In this document: positions 42,529-51,173 of the stretch, piece after piece
Position numbering within the stretch: the stretch's first letter is position 1
How the letters are laid out: each line of letters starts with the position of its first letter
Source: a bacterium
GTDB lineage: Bacteria > Zhuqueibacterota > Zhuqueibacteria > Residuimicrobiales > Krinioviventaceae
Length of the DNA stretch: 64,000 nucleotides
Assembly (NCBI GenBank): GCA_963674595.2
Contig: CAXXFV010000023.1
Coordinates: 672,001-736,000 of the forward strand
Direction: 5' to 3'
The notes under the pieces: generated by a model
What the model saw: the letters and a program-made list of their open reading frames with translations, nothing else
What the model was told of the DNA's origin: nothing
Database searches by the model: none
Position numbers and translations under genes: made by a program

Positions 42529-43425
42529 ATGAACGAGACAAAAAATATATTATTGACCGGAGCCAACGGTTATTTAGGAAATGTTATTCTGGACAAGCTG
42601 GAAAAAAGCGGACATCGTCTGGTTTGTGTCCAGTCGCCGTTTGACTCGGAAATCAAAGACAATTTTGTCCAGGCAGATTTGATACAACAAAATGATCTGA
42701 AAAAACTGGATGAACATGGTCCGTTTGACGCTGTTGTGCATTGTGCAGCCATGCTTCCGGGAACCATGTCTGAGGAAGAACTTTACTATGCCAATCAAAA
42801 AATGACTTTGAATCTGGCAAACTGGGCCGGTGAACAACAGGTCGATCATTTTGTTTTTGCCTCCAGTTGCAGTGTTTATGGTTATGGAAATAAAGAAAAA
42901 AATGAAAAAGCTGTGCCGGAACCTTCAAATCTGTATGCTGTGAGTAAACTGGCCTGTGAGAATATACTTCAATCTCAGCTCGTTGCGCAGCATATAAAAA
43001 CCGCGATTTTACGAATTTCAGCACCTTATGGCCCCGGAATGCGTATGAACACGGTTATTAAAATTTTTCTGGAAAAAGCGGCCGCTGGTGAACCGTTGAT
43101 ATTAATGGGAGACGGACAAAGACGCCAGGATTTTATTTTTGAGCGGGATATTGCTTCCGCTTTTGATTTAGCTGTTCGCTATAAAGCGCACGGTGTTTTT
43201 AATTTATCAAGCGGTAAAGCGGCAAGCATGAAAAATCTTGCCAGAACAGTGGCAAAATTGTTCAAGCATGATTTTTCATGTATTCAGTTTCACGGCACCG
43301 ATTTGCAGGAAAATTACCGCGGTCTGTTTCCGAACAAGGCCGCCCGAAAGAGTTTTGCCTTTACGCCGCAATATGATTTGCAGGACGGATTAAGGTTGAC
43401 GGCCAAAAGTTGGGGATTGTTATGA
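42529..43425 (+). CDS. NAD-dependent epimerase/dehydratase
   Basis: LTGANGYLG, SSCSVYG, YAVSKLACE. Confidence 0.9.
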   Translation: MNETKNILLTGANGYLGNVILDKLEKSGHRLVCVQSPFDSEIKDNFVQADLIQQNDLKKLDEHGPFDAVVHCAAMLPGTMSEEELYYANQKMTLNLANWAGEQQVDHFVFASSCSVYGYGNKEKNEKAVPEPSNLYAVSKLACENILQSQLVAQHIKTAILRISAPYGPGMRMNTVIKIFLEKAAAGEPLILMGDGQRRQDFIFERDIASAFDLAVRYKAHGVFNLSSGKAASMKNLARTVAKLFKHDFSCIQFHGTDLQENYRGLFPNKAARKSFAFTPQYDLQDGLRLTAKSWGLL

Positions 43426-44096
43426 AAATTGCCCTGATTGCAGATATTCATGGTAATTTACCGGCTTTCAAGGCTGTCCTAAATGATATGCCGTCGGTTG
43501 ACAGTATTGTCTGCTGCGGAGATTTTAGCGAATACTATCCGGATGTGAACGATGTTTGTAAGCTGGTGCAGGATAATGATATTATTACTGTTCGAGGAAA
43601 CCACGACGCCTATGTTTTGGAAGAGATTGTGCCTGATCCGGATAAAGTCGGACTTTATAGAACAGAGTGGACCAGGGATATTATTCATAAAGATAATAAA
43701 AAATGGCTTTTGTCCCTGCCTGTAGAGTTGGGCTTTCAATGGAATGAAATTCGTATGAATGTGAGGCACGCCAATCCATGGGATGAAATGTTGTATTTGT
43801 ATGCCGATTCCACAGAGTTCGAGCGGTTTCCTGAAAATGAAGCTGATATTTGGGTGTTTGGGCATACCCATCATCCTTTTAAAAAGAAATTGAATAAAAC
43901 CATGATTGTCAATCCCGGTTCTGTCGGACAGCCCAGGGATTGGAATCCGCAGTCAAGTTATGCCATAATGGACGTTTTAAACGAGACCGTAGAGTTTAAA
44001 CGAGTGCCCTATAATGTTGAGCAATATCAAAAGAAATTAAAAGAAATGGACTGGCCGGAACAGTTGATTTCTATTCTAAGTCGCAGCAGGAATTAA
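43422..44096 (+). CDS. Calcineurin-like metallophosphoesterase
   Basis: DIHGN, GD, GNHD, GHTH, NPGSVGQPRD. Confidence 0.92.
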   Translation: MKIALIADIHGNLPAFKAVLNDMPSVDSIVCCGDFSEYYPDVNDVCKLVQDNDIITVRGNHDAYVLEEIVPDPDKVGLYRTEWTRDIIHKDNKKWLLSLPVELGFQWNEIRMNVRHANPWDEMLYLYADSTEFERFPENEADIWVFGHTHHPFKKKLNKTMIVNPGSVGQPRDWNPQSSYAIMDVLNETVEFKRVPYNVEQYQKKLKEMDWPEQLISILSRSRN

Positions 44097-44098
44097 AA

Positions 44099-44938
44099 AT
44101 GACAGACCAAAAAATTAAAAAACAAGTTTTACAAGCCAATATCGATTTTCATACAGCGTTGTCTGAAACCTATCATGAACAACCGCATTATTTACCTGAA
44201 AACCGGGAACGGTTTGGCACTAAATTAAAAGAGTTGTCCGCAAAAGCAGGTAATGATCTTTTAATTGATTTTGGCTGCGGTACCGGTTTTGTTATTGATC
44301 TGGCTGTGCCTCATTTTAACCAGGTTTATGGTGTTGATATTACGCCGGCCATGATGTCCAAAGTTAACATGTCTTCGGGCAAGGTTAAATTATTACAGGC
44401 CAGTACCGAGCAGGTGACGTTAAAATCCGGTGTTGCAGATGTGGTTGCCTGCAACAGTTTTTTACATCACCTCTGGGATGTTGAGCCGACCATACGGGAA
44501 GCGGCCCGTTTGCTGAAACCGGGTGGTGTTTTTTATAGTGAAGAAGACCCGAATGTATTTTTCTGGAAAGCGATAAATGAAGCTGCTGAAATAAAGAATG
44601 ACCAAAATATGTCTGATTTGATTCAACGGGAAATTAAAGCTGTTGTGGAAATTGATGACGATCTGGGCCAGGAAAAGCACATTGATCCGGAAATGGTACG
44701 CTTGGCCGAATACCAAAAAATGATCAAAGGCGGTATGGATGCGGAAAAACTTGAAAACATTTTTAACAACGCCGGCTTTTCGCAAGTTTCTATTTCCTAT
44801 TATTGGTTTTTAGGACAGGGAGCCATGCAAAAGCAATACGGCATAGAAACCGCCTTAAAAATAGAAAGCTTTCTACAGCAAACATTGCCGTTGACCCGGC
44901 ATTTGTTCAAATATTTGCGAGTGGAGGCATGGAAGTAA
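44099..44938 (+). CDS. Class I SAM-dependent methyltransferase
   Basis: IDFGCGTG, GVDIT, FLHH, LKPGG. Confidence 0.9.
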   Translation: MTDQKIKKQVLQANIDFHTALSETYHEQPHYLPENRERFGTKLKELSAKAGNDLLIDFGCGTGFVIDLAVPHFNQVYGVDITPAMMSKVNMSSGKVKLLQASTEQVTLKSGVADVVACNSFLHHLWDVEPTIREAARLLKPGGVFYSEEDPNVFFWKAINEAAEIKNDQNMSDLIQREIKAVVEIDDDLGQEKHIDPEMVRLAEYQKMIKGGMDAEKLENIFNNAGFSQVSISYYWFLGQGAMQKQYGIETALKIESFLQQTLPLTRHLFKYLRVEAWK

Positions 44939-45987
44939 TGAATAAACAAACCGTATTAATCACCGGAGTCGGTGGCGGAAGCATCGGCGAGCAGGTGTTT
45001 AAAACGCTTACCATGGTGAAAGATACATATAAAATCATTGTTACCAACTCTTCTTCCGTGGCTTTGTCTGTGGCGGACACACCATATAAAGAAATTTTAC
45101 CCAATGCCTCATCCGATGAGTATCTGGCTGAATTGATGCAAGCTGTAGAAAATTATAAAGTGGATTTTTTGATCCCCGGCAGTGAACCTGAATTACTGAA
45201 AATTTCACAAAACCGGCAGGAATTGCTGAAAAAAACAACCTTGCTGATCAATTCCGATAATGTGATTTCAATATGTCTCGACAAGAGCAAAACTTTTACC
45301 GAGTTGAAAAATCATAATATTCGGGTACCGCAAACATGGACAATTGATGATTTACAGAATGAGTCTGTTAAAGAAATAGAGTTTCCAGTCATTGTCAAAC
45401 CGGCTGTCGGCGGCAGTGGTTCTGCCGGAACATTTCTGGCTCAGGACAAAGATGAAATGCAGTTTTTTGTCCGTTATTTGATCAAGTACGGATATCGTGT
45501 TCTCATTCAGGAATATATCGGTCGTTATGACCAAGAGTATACAATCGGTGTGCTGAGTTCACCGGAGAAGGAAATATTGGGCACGGTTGTTTTGAAAAGA
45601 GATATTTTATCCGGTTTATCCAACAAGCTCAAGATGAAAAACAAAACCTCTCGCAAAGACCTGGGAGAAATATTAGCTGTTTCATCCGGCGTTTCCCAGG
45701 GGCGCATTGTGGATAAACCGCACATACAAGAGCAGACAGAATATATCGCCAAAATGATTGGCTCCGAAGGTCCGTTAAATATTCAGGGCCGCTGGGACGG
45801 CAAAAATTTTGTTCCATTTGAAATCAATCCGCGTTTTTCAGGAACGACTCCCATGCGGGCCATGGCCGGTTTTAATGAACCGAAATTATTGATGGACTGG
45901 CATAACGGAATCCGGCTGGAGCAAAGACCGGATATACAAAAGACAACGTTTACACGCGGATTAGTTGAATATAAATCAGATTTTTAG
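44938..45987 (+). CDS. ATP-grasp ligase (PylC/CarB-like single ATP-grasp)
   Basis: VLITGVGGG, IPGSEPEL, FPVIVKP, IQEYI, EINPRFSG. Confidence 0.88.
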   Translation: MNKQTVLITGVGGGSIGEQVFKTLTMVKDTYKIIVTNSSSVALSVADTPYKEILPNASSDEYLAELMQAVENYKVDFLIPGSEPELLKISQNRQELLKKTTLLINSDNVISICLDKSKTFTELKNHNIRVPQTWTIDDLQNESVKEIEFPVIVKPAVGGSGSAGTFLAQDKDEMQFFVRYLIKYGYRVLIQEYIGRYDQEYTIGVLSSPEKEILGTVVLKRDILSGLSNKLKMKNKTSRKDLGEILAVSSGVSQGRIVDKPHIQEQTEYIAKMIGSEGPLNIQGRWDGKNFVPFEINPRFSGTTPMRAMAGFNEPKLLMDWHNGIRLEQRPDIQKTTFTRGLVEYKSDF

Positions 45988-45997
45988 GAAAAGCACC

Positions 45998-47713
45998 ATG
46001 AACAAGCATACCTTAGCATTATGCATGATTGTAAAAAATGAAGAAGCATTCCTGGACCAATGCCTGGAAAGTGTAAAAGGCATTGTCGATGAAATTGTTA
46101 TTGTTGATACCGGTTCAACAGACCGGACCGTTGAAATTGCAGAAAAACATCATGCAAAAATATATCACCATGCCTGGCAAAACAGTTTTAGCGAAGCACG
46201 AAACTATGCGCTGCAATTTGTTACCAGCGAATGGGTACTGCAACTGGATGCTGATGAAGTTTTGGAAAGAGAAGATGCCGCGTTGTTAAAAAAGACACTG
46301 GCCGTTTCCGATAATTTTACCAGTATTTGTGTGCCGATTTTAAATTACCTGCCGGATGGTGTTGTTTCCAAATTTTATTACCGACGATTTTATAAAAAAG
46401 AATTTGCTCATTACGAGGGCCGGGTACATAATCAAATAGTTGTCAGTGGAGAAGCTGTTATAAAGGAAATTCGGCTTTATCATTTTGGTTATGATCTTTC
46501 TCCTGAAAAAATGGCAGCCAAACATAAACGGACACTGGGATTGATTTTAAAACAGCTGGAGGATGAGCCAAACAGTATTTTTTATCGGTTTAACCTGGTT
46601 CGAACTCTTCGCAACATGGGTGATTATGATCAGGCTATAAAAGAAGGTTTGGCGGCTTTGGCTTTACCCAACGTTCAGGATCGGGTGGGTTATTATTTAA
46701 TGTTGATTAATGACACCTCTCAGTCCATGCTGCTTAGTAATCGCCCTTCAGAAGCTCTTGAATTATGCAAGCTGGCTCTGGAAAAGGACCCGCTAAATAT
46801 AGATATATTGTTTGGTATGGGCGGGTCGTATGTGGCGTTGGAAAATTATGAACAGGCCATTGATTACTATAAAAAGTGGGTCCAGGCTAAAAAGCAAACC
46901 AATGGAATGCCTGTGGATGTAGCGATCAGTATTGATACCTGGTCAATGGATGGTCTTGTTTATGAAAACATGGGCCGTTGTTATCGTTTTCTCAAAGATT
47001 ATGATAATGCCATAAAAAATCTTTATACATCTATTGAACTCGAGCCTGCACGAAAAGAGGCTTTTAAAGCGTTGGCTTTGTGTTTTATTGAAACGCAAAA
47101 ATGGACGGAAGCTATTGATGTGCTGGAAAAAGCGATTTCCAATAATCATGGCGACTCTTTTTTATATTACAAATTGGGCATGCTGTACCAAAAAGTTGGT
47201 AATATTCAAAAGACTCTGGAAAATTTGGAACATTCGGTTTCATTGGATGACAAAAATTCCGACGTACTCAGTACGCTCGGTCAAATATATCTTTTAGTCA
47301 AAAATGTTGAAAAAGCACGGTTTTATCTGCAAAAGAGTCTTGGTATTAATGGTGAACATATCGGCGCCCGTATCACCTTGTTACAGCTTTCTCTCGCTGC
47401 AAAAGAAATGGAAAGTGTAAAAAAACAAGTTGATGAAATTTTAGCTTTATCACCGCAAGATGTGAATATTTTTTCCGAACTGGGAGAGATATGCAGCACA
47501 AACGGCCTGTATAAATCCGGGATCAAGGCTTTTGAAAAATATTTGCAGTATAAATCAGATAATGAAAAGGTGTGGCACAATTTGGCTTCGTGTTATGCCC
47601 AAACCGGTAATTTTGACTCGGCGAGGATTGGTTATCAAACAGCTTTAAAGATTAATCCCATGTATGCACCGTCAAAAGCCAGTTTACAATATTTAGAACA
47701 AATAACTGCATAA
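45998..47713 (+). CDS. GT2 glycosyltransferase with TPR repeats (flagellin glycosyltransferase candidate)
   Basis: LCMIVKNEE, VDTGSTD, FSEARN, LDADE, VHNQ, HFGY. Confidence 0.92.
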   Translation: MNKHTLALCMIVKNEEAFLDQCLESVKGIVDEIVIVDTGSTDRTVEIAEKHHAKIYHHAWQNSFSEARNYALQFVTSEWVLQLDADEVLEREDAALLKKTLAVSDNFTSICVPILNYLPDGVVSKFYYRRFYKKEFAHYEGRVHNQIVVSGEAVIKEIRLYHFGYDLSPEKMAAKHKRTLGLILKQLEDEPNSIFYRFNLVRTLRNMGDYDQAIKEGLAALALPNVQDRVGYYLMLINDTSQSMLLSNRPSEALELCKLALEKDPLNIDILFGMGGSYVALENYEQAIDYYKKWVQAKKQTNGMPVDVAISIDTWSMDGLVYENMGRCYRFLKDYDNAIKNLYTSIELEPARKEAFKALALCFIETQKWTEAIDVLEKAISNNHGDSFLYYKLGMLYQKVGNIQKTLENLEHSVSLDDKNSDVLSTLGQIYLLVKNVEKARFYLQKSLGINGEHIGARITLLQLSLAAKEMESVKKQVDEILALSPQDVNIFSELGEICSTNGLYKSGIKAFEKYLQYKSDNEKVWHNLASCYAQTGNFDSARIGYQTALKINPMYAPSKASLQYLEQITA

Positions 47714-47725
47714 GAGGAATATATA

Positions 47726-49285
47726 ATGCACAGCGACAGACCTACAATTTCATTATGTATGATCGTTAAAAATGAGGAACGGTTTCTGGAACAATGTCTG
47801 GAAAGCGTTAAAGACCTTGTTGATGAAATGGTCATCGTCGATACTGGATCCACAGACAAGACCGTTGAAATTGCAAAAAAATACACAGATAAAGTTTTGT
47901 TTCATGAGTGGCGCAACAGTTTTAGTGAAGCTCGGAATTTCAGCTTAAAATTTGTAACCTGTGATTGGGTCCTTCAACTCGATGCAGATGAAAAATTGGA
48001 AAAAAATGATATACCATTGTTACAAAAAACAATATTAAATAAAGATATTAATGCTGTATTTCTGCCGATTTTAAGTGAATTACCGGATGGCGGCATTTCA
48101 AAAAGTTATTTTCCCCGTCTTTTTAAAAACGGAAAAGCACATTTTGATGGTATTGTGCATAATCAATTAATTTTTCAAGGAAACGCCATTCATGCAGAAA
48201 TTCGTCTGCATCATTATGGATATAATTTAACGCCCGAACAAATGGCCAGGAAAAATGAACGCAGCGGGAAATTGCTTGAGAAACAGATTCAGGAAGATCC
48301 TAATAATCTGTTTGTATGGCACAATTATATTCGAATTCATAGAAATGAAAAAAAGTATCAACAGGTGGTTCAGGAAGCCCAGGATGTTATAGACAGGCTT
48401 CCCTATGAGCAGGAACCGGCGTCCTATGTGATGATCGTTTATGATGCGGCCTGTGCTGCTTATGAGTTGGGGCGTTTTAGTGAGGCCATACGATTTTGTC
48501 AAATAGCATTGAGTAATATGCCGGATTATGTGGATATTATGGTGGTCTATGGTTCCATATTGTTAAAAATGAAAAAATATGAATCTGCTATTCATCATTT
48601 TGAAACATCTCTTGAATATCTTGAGAAAATTAAAAAGTCACCCAAACTGGTACAGCTTAAATTGGACCTGTTCAATAGTGATTATCTTGTATATCGTCAT
48701 TTGGGATTTTGTTATTATCAGCTTGGCAATAAAGAGAAATCGGTTGTTAATTTTGAAAAATGCATTTCATTAAGGCCTGATAATACGGAAGCGCATAATT
48801 TACTTGGTTCGATTTATTGGGAATTGAAAGAAATGGAAAAAGCTGAAAGAGAGTTTGAAAAACTTGTTGAGCTTTTACCAGACCATGTGGGTGGATGGAG
48901 TAATCTTGCTCTCCTGGCTGTCCAAAAACAAGAATTAAATAAAGCGCGAGAAATATTGGCAATGTTGGCAAACCGGGATAATATTGATCCTGCTGTTCTT
49001 GCATTGCTTGGAAAAATATGTGTTCAGGTTGGTGCTTTTGATACGGCAGTTATAATTTTTGAAAAGCAATTAAAGGCTGAACCTCATAAAATTGAAATTC
49101 TGAATAATATTGCCTCATGTTATGCTCAGACCGGTAATTTTCAGGCAGCATTAATGGGCTATCAATCTGTTTTACAATTTTTGCCGGATAATGCTGACGC
49201 AAAAAGAGGACTGATGGATATTCAGAATAAAATCAACAGCTTTAACACGATAAATGCTGGTTTTGCTACAGTAAATAAAAATTAA
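47726..49285 (+). CDS. GT2 glycosyltransferase with TPR repeats (paralog, adjacent to fliC)
   Basis: ISLCMIVKNEE, VDTGSTD, LDADE, HHYGY. Confidence 0.92.
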   Translation: MHSDRPTISLCMIVKNEERFLEQCLESVKDLVDEMVIVDTGSTDKTVEIAKKYTDKVLFHEWRNSFSEARNFSLKFVTCDWVLQLDADEKLEKNDIPLLQKTILNKDINAVFLPILSELPDGGISKSYFPRLFKNGKAHFDGIVHNQLIFQGNAIHAEIRLHHYGYNLTPEQMARKNERSGKLLEKQIQEDPNNLFVWHNYIRIHRNEKKYQQVVQEAQDVIDRLPYEQEPASYVMIVYDAACAAYELGRFSEAIRFCQIALSNMPDYVDIMVVYGSILLKMKKYESAIHHFETSLEYLEKIKKSPKLVQLKLDLFNSDYLVYRHLGFCYYQLGNKEKSVVNFEKCISLRPDNTEAHNLLGSIYWELKEMEKAEREFEKLVELLPDHVGGWSNLALLAVQKQELNKAREILAMLANRDNIDPAVLALLGKICVQVGAFDTAVIIFEKQLKAEPHKIEILNNIASCYAQTGNFQAALMGYQSVLQFLPDNADAKRGLMDIQNKINSFNTINAGFATVNKN

Positions 49286-49313
49286 ATAAAGTGTATTTTT
49301 TTAATAAAAAAAC

Positions 49314-49340
49314 TAAAGTTTTAATAAAGTGTGTCGATAC
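49314..49340 (+). promoter_or_regulatory. Sigma-28 promoter of flagellin
   Basis: TAAA-N15-GTCGATAC against consensus TAAA-N15-GCCGATAA. Confidence 0.85.
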
Positions 49341-49444
49341 TATATAGTGGAAGCAAAAAAAAGTTGGATACTGAATCTCGAACGGATAAATAATCAAGTT
49401 TAGTGTCACGTTTCCAAATTGGGAAAATATTAACAAACAAGTAT

Positions 49445-49477
49445 GGGCAGGGAAGCCCTAACTCGAACAAGGAGGTT
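49445..49477 (+). promoter_or_regulatory. CsrA-type binding sites in the flagellin leader
   Basis: Hairpin GGGC-AGGGAA-GCCC with GGA in the loop, plus ACAAGGAGG overlapping the SD. Confidence 0.75.
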
Positions 49478-49481
49478 TATC

Positions 49482-50720
49482 ATGGCAAGTGCAGATCTTT
49501 CCCGTATTAACACTAATATTAGTGCCTTACAGTCTTTAAACTCATTAAAGTCAATCAATAATAAATTAAATGTTCATTCATTGAGATTGGCTACTGGTAA
49601 AAGAATTAACGAGGCTGCTGATGACGTTGCTGGTTTTACCATTGCGACAAAGATGAGCGTTCGCTCTGACGGTTTGGGTGTAGCGCTGAGTAACATTGGT
49701 GATGCCAAGAACATGATGGCTATTGCTGAAGGTAACTTGACAAAGATCAGTGACATTCTTCAGCAGATGAAGTCAAAAGTTACGCAAGCTGCGAACGATG
49801 CGTTGGGTGCAGAAGAACGTAACGCTATTAAAGAAGAGTTGACAAGCTTGACATCACAGATCAATGATATTGTAGGTCAGACGGAATGGAATGGTCAGCA
49901 ATTATTACAAGGTTTTGGTCTTAACACCGGTTTTACCTTCCAGACAGGTGCCGGCGTTACAACCAGTGATGAGATGGATTTCAAACTTGATGCAACATCT
50001 CTGGGATTAGGAAATATTACCGGTTACACCGCAGGTAGTATGAATGTAAACGTTCGTGATGCTGCTTCTGCTTCTAAATCCTATGATCCGGTACTTTTTG
50101 GAGCCACTGTAGCAACATCCGGTACAATTGGCGCTGGTTTGAACCAGGTCGCTTCCGGTAATTATTCTGTTGAAGTTACAGATGTCGCCAATGGTGGTGC
50201 AACTGTTACATTCAAGATCAGAAATGCTGCAGGTACAGTAATGACTATTGATGCAGATGGTGACGGAGCCGGTGGTACAGGCGCAACAGCAACAAGTGTT
50301 TCTGTCGCTGTCGCTGGTACGAATATGGCAACATTTGATACCGGTATTGGTTTCTCCATCCGTATGACTGGTTTGGCAAGTCTTGATACAGGTCAGTTTG
50401 GTGTATCTTATACCTCTGCTAACCGTGTCGATTCTCATGATGATGCCAAAGCATACATGACCTCTATTGATAATGCTATTTCTGATGTAAGTAAATCATT
50501 GTCATTTATCGGTGCTAATGTATCTCGTTTGACGTTCCAGGAAGAATCATTAACAGTAGCTAAAGTTAATACCGAATCTGCAAGATCACGAATTATGGAT
50601 GCGGATATGGCAACGGAGCAATTGAATCAATCAAAACTCCAGATATTACAACAAACAGCTACTTCAATGTTGGCGCAAGCAAACACAGCACCACAAGCTA
50701 TTCTCAGTCTGTTCAGATAA
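49482..50720 (+). CDS. fliC: Flagellin
   Basis: RINTNISAL, RLATGKRINEAADD, SRIMDADMA, LAQANTAPQAILSLF; AAGGAGG SD supports ATG 49482. Confidence 0.97.
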   Translation: MASADLSRINTNISALQSLNSLKSINNKLNVHSLRLATGKRINEAADDVAGFTIATKMSVRSDGLGVALSNIGDAKNMMAIAEGNLTKISDILQQMKSKVTQAANDALGAEERNAIKEELTSLTSQINDIVGQTEWNGQQLLQGFGLNTGFTFQTGAGVTTSDEMDFKLDATSLGLGNITGYTAGSMNVNVRDAASASKSYDPVLFGATVATSGTIGAGLNQVASGNYSVEVTDVANGGATVTFKIRNAAGTVMTIDADGDGAGGTGATATSVSVAVAGTNMATFDTGIGFSIRMTGLASLDTGQFGVSYTSANRVDSHDDAKAYMTSIDNAISDVSKSLSFIGANVSRLTFQEESLTVAKVNTESARSRIMDADMATEQLNQSKLQILQQTATSMLAQANTAPQAILSLFR

Positions 50721-50737
50721 TATTTTTGCTTATTTTT

Positions 50738-50771
50738 TGGAGCACTCCCAATTTTGGGATGTGCTCCATTT
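50738..50771 (+). terminator. Hairpin / terminator after flagellin
   Basis: TGGAGCAC-TCCCAA..TTGGGA-T-GTGCTCCA then T-rich sequence. Confidence 0.75.
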
Positions 50772-50811
50772 GTTGTTTTGATACGAATTAAGAGTGATGT
50801 GAGGAGAAAAA

Positions 50812-51153
50812 ATGTCTTATCAAGTGCCGGTTGCAAACCCATATTTAAAACAAATTTCAAACTATCAGGAAAATGAGGTCCTTTCAGCCTCTCCGGAAAA
50901 ACTGATTTTAATGCTTTATGATCAAGCTATTTTAGGATGTAAACGTCAAGATGCTGAAAAGGCTTCAAGAGCTGTTGCGGAATTAATTAATTCTTTAAAT
51001 TTTAAATATGAAGAAATTTCTACGGGTCTATTCCGTCTTTATGATTATATATTACGCGAAATAAAAATGCAAAAGTATAAAGATGCTCTATATTTATTAA
51101 CTGACCTGCGACAGACATGGGATGTCGCAATTCAGCAATTACAGGCTGCTTAG
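50812..51153 (+). CDS. fliS: Flagellin chaperone FliS
   Basis: SASPEKLILMLYD, LFRLYDY, LRQTW. Confidence 0.93.
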   Translation: MSYQVPVANPYLKQISNYQENEVLSASPEKLILMLYDQAILGCKRQDAEKASRAVAELINSLNFKYEEISTGLFRLYDYILREIKMQKYKDALYLLTDLRQTWDVAIQQLQAA

Positions 51154-51173
51154 TAATTTAAGGAACTATTATA

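Noticed and set aside
49443-49481. Upstream ATG for flagellin
   Set aside because: The region is the CsrA hairpin and SD; the strong AAGGAGG supports ATG 49482
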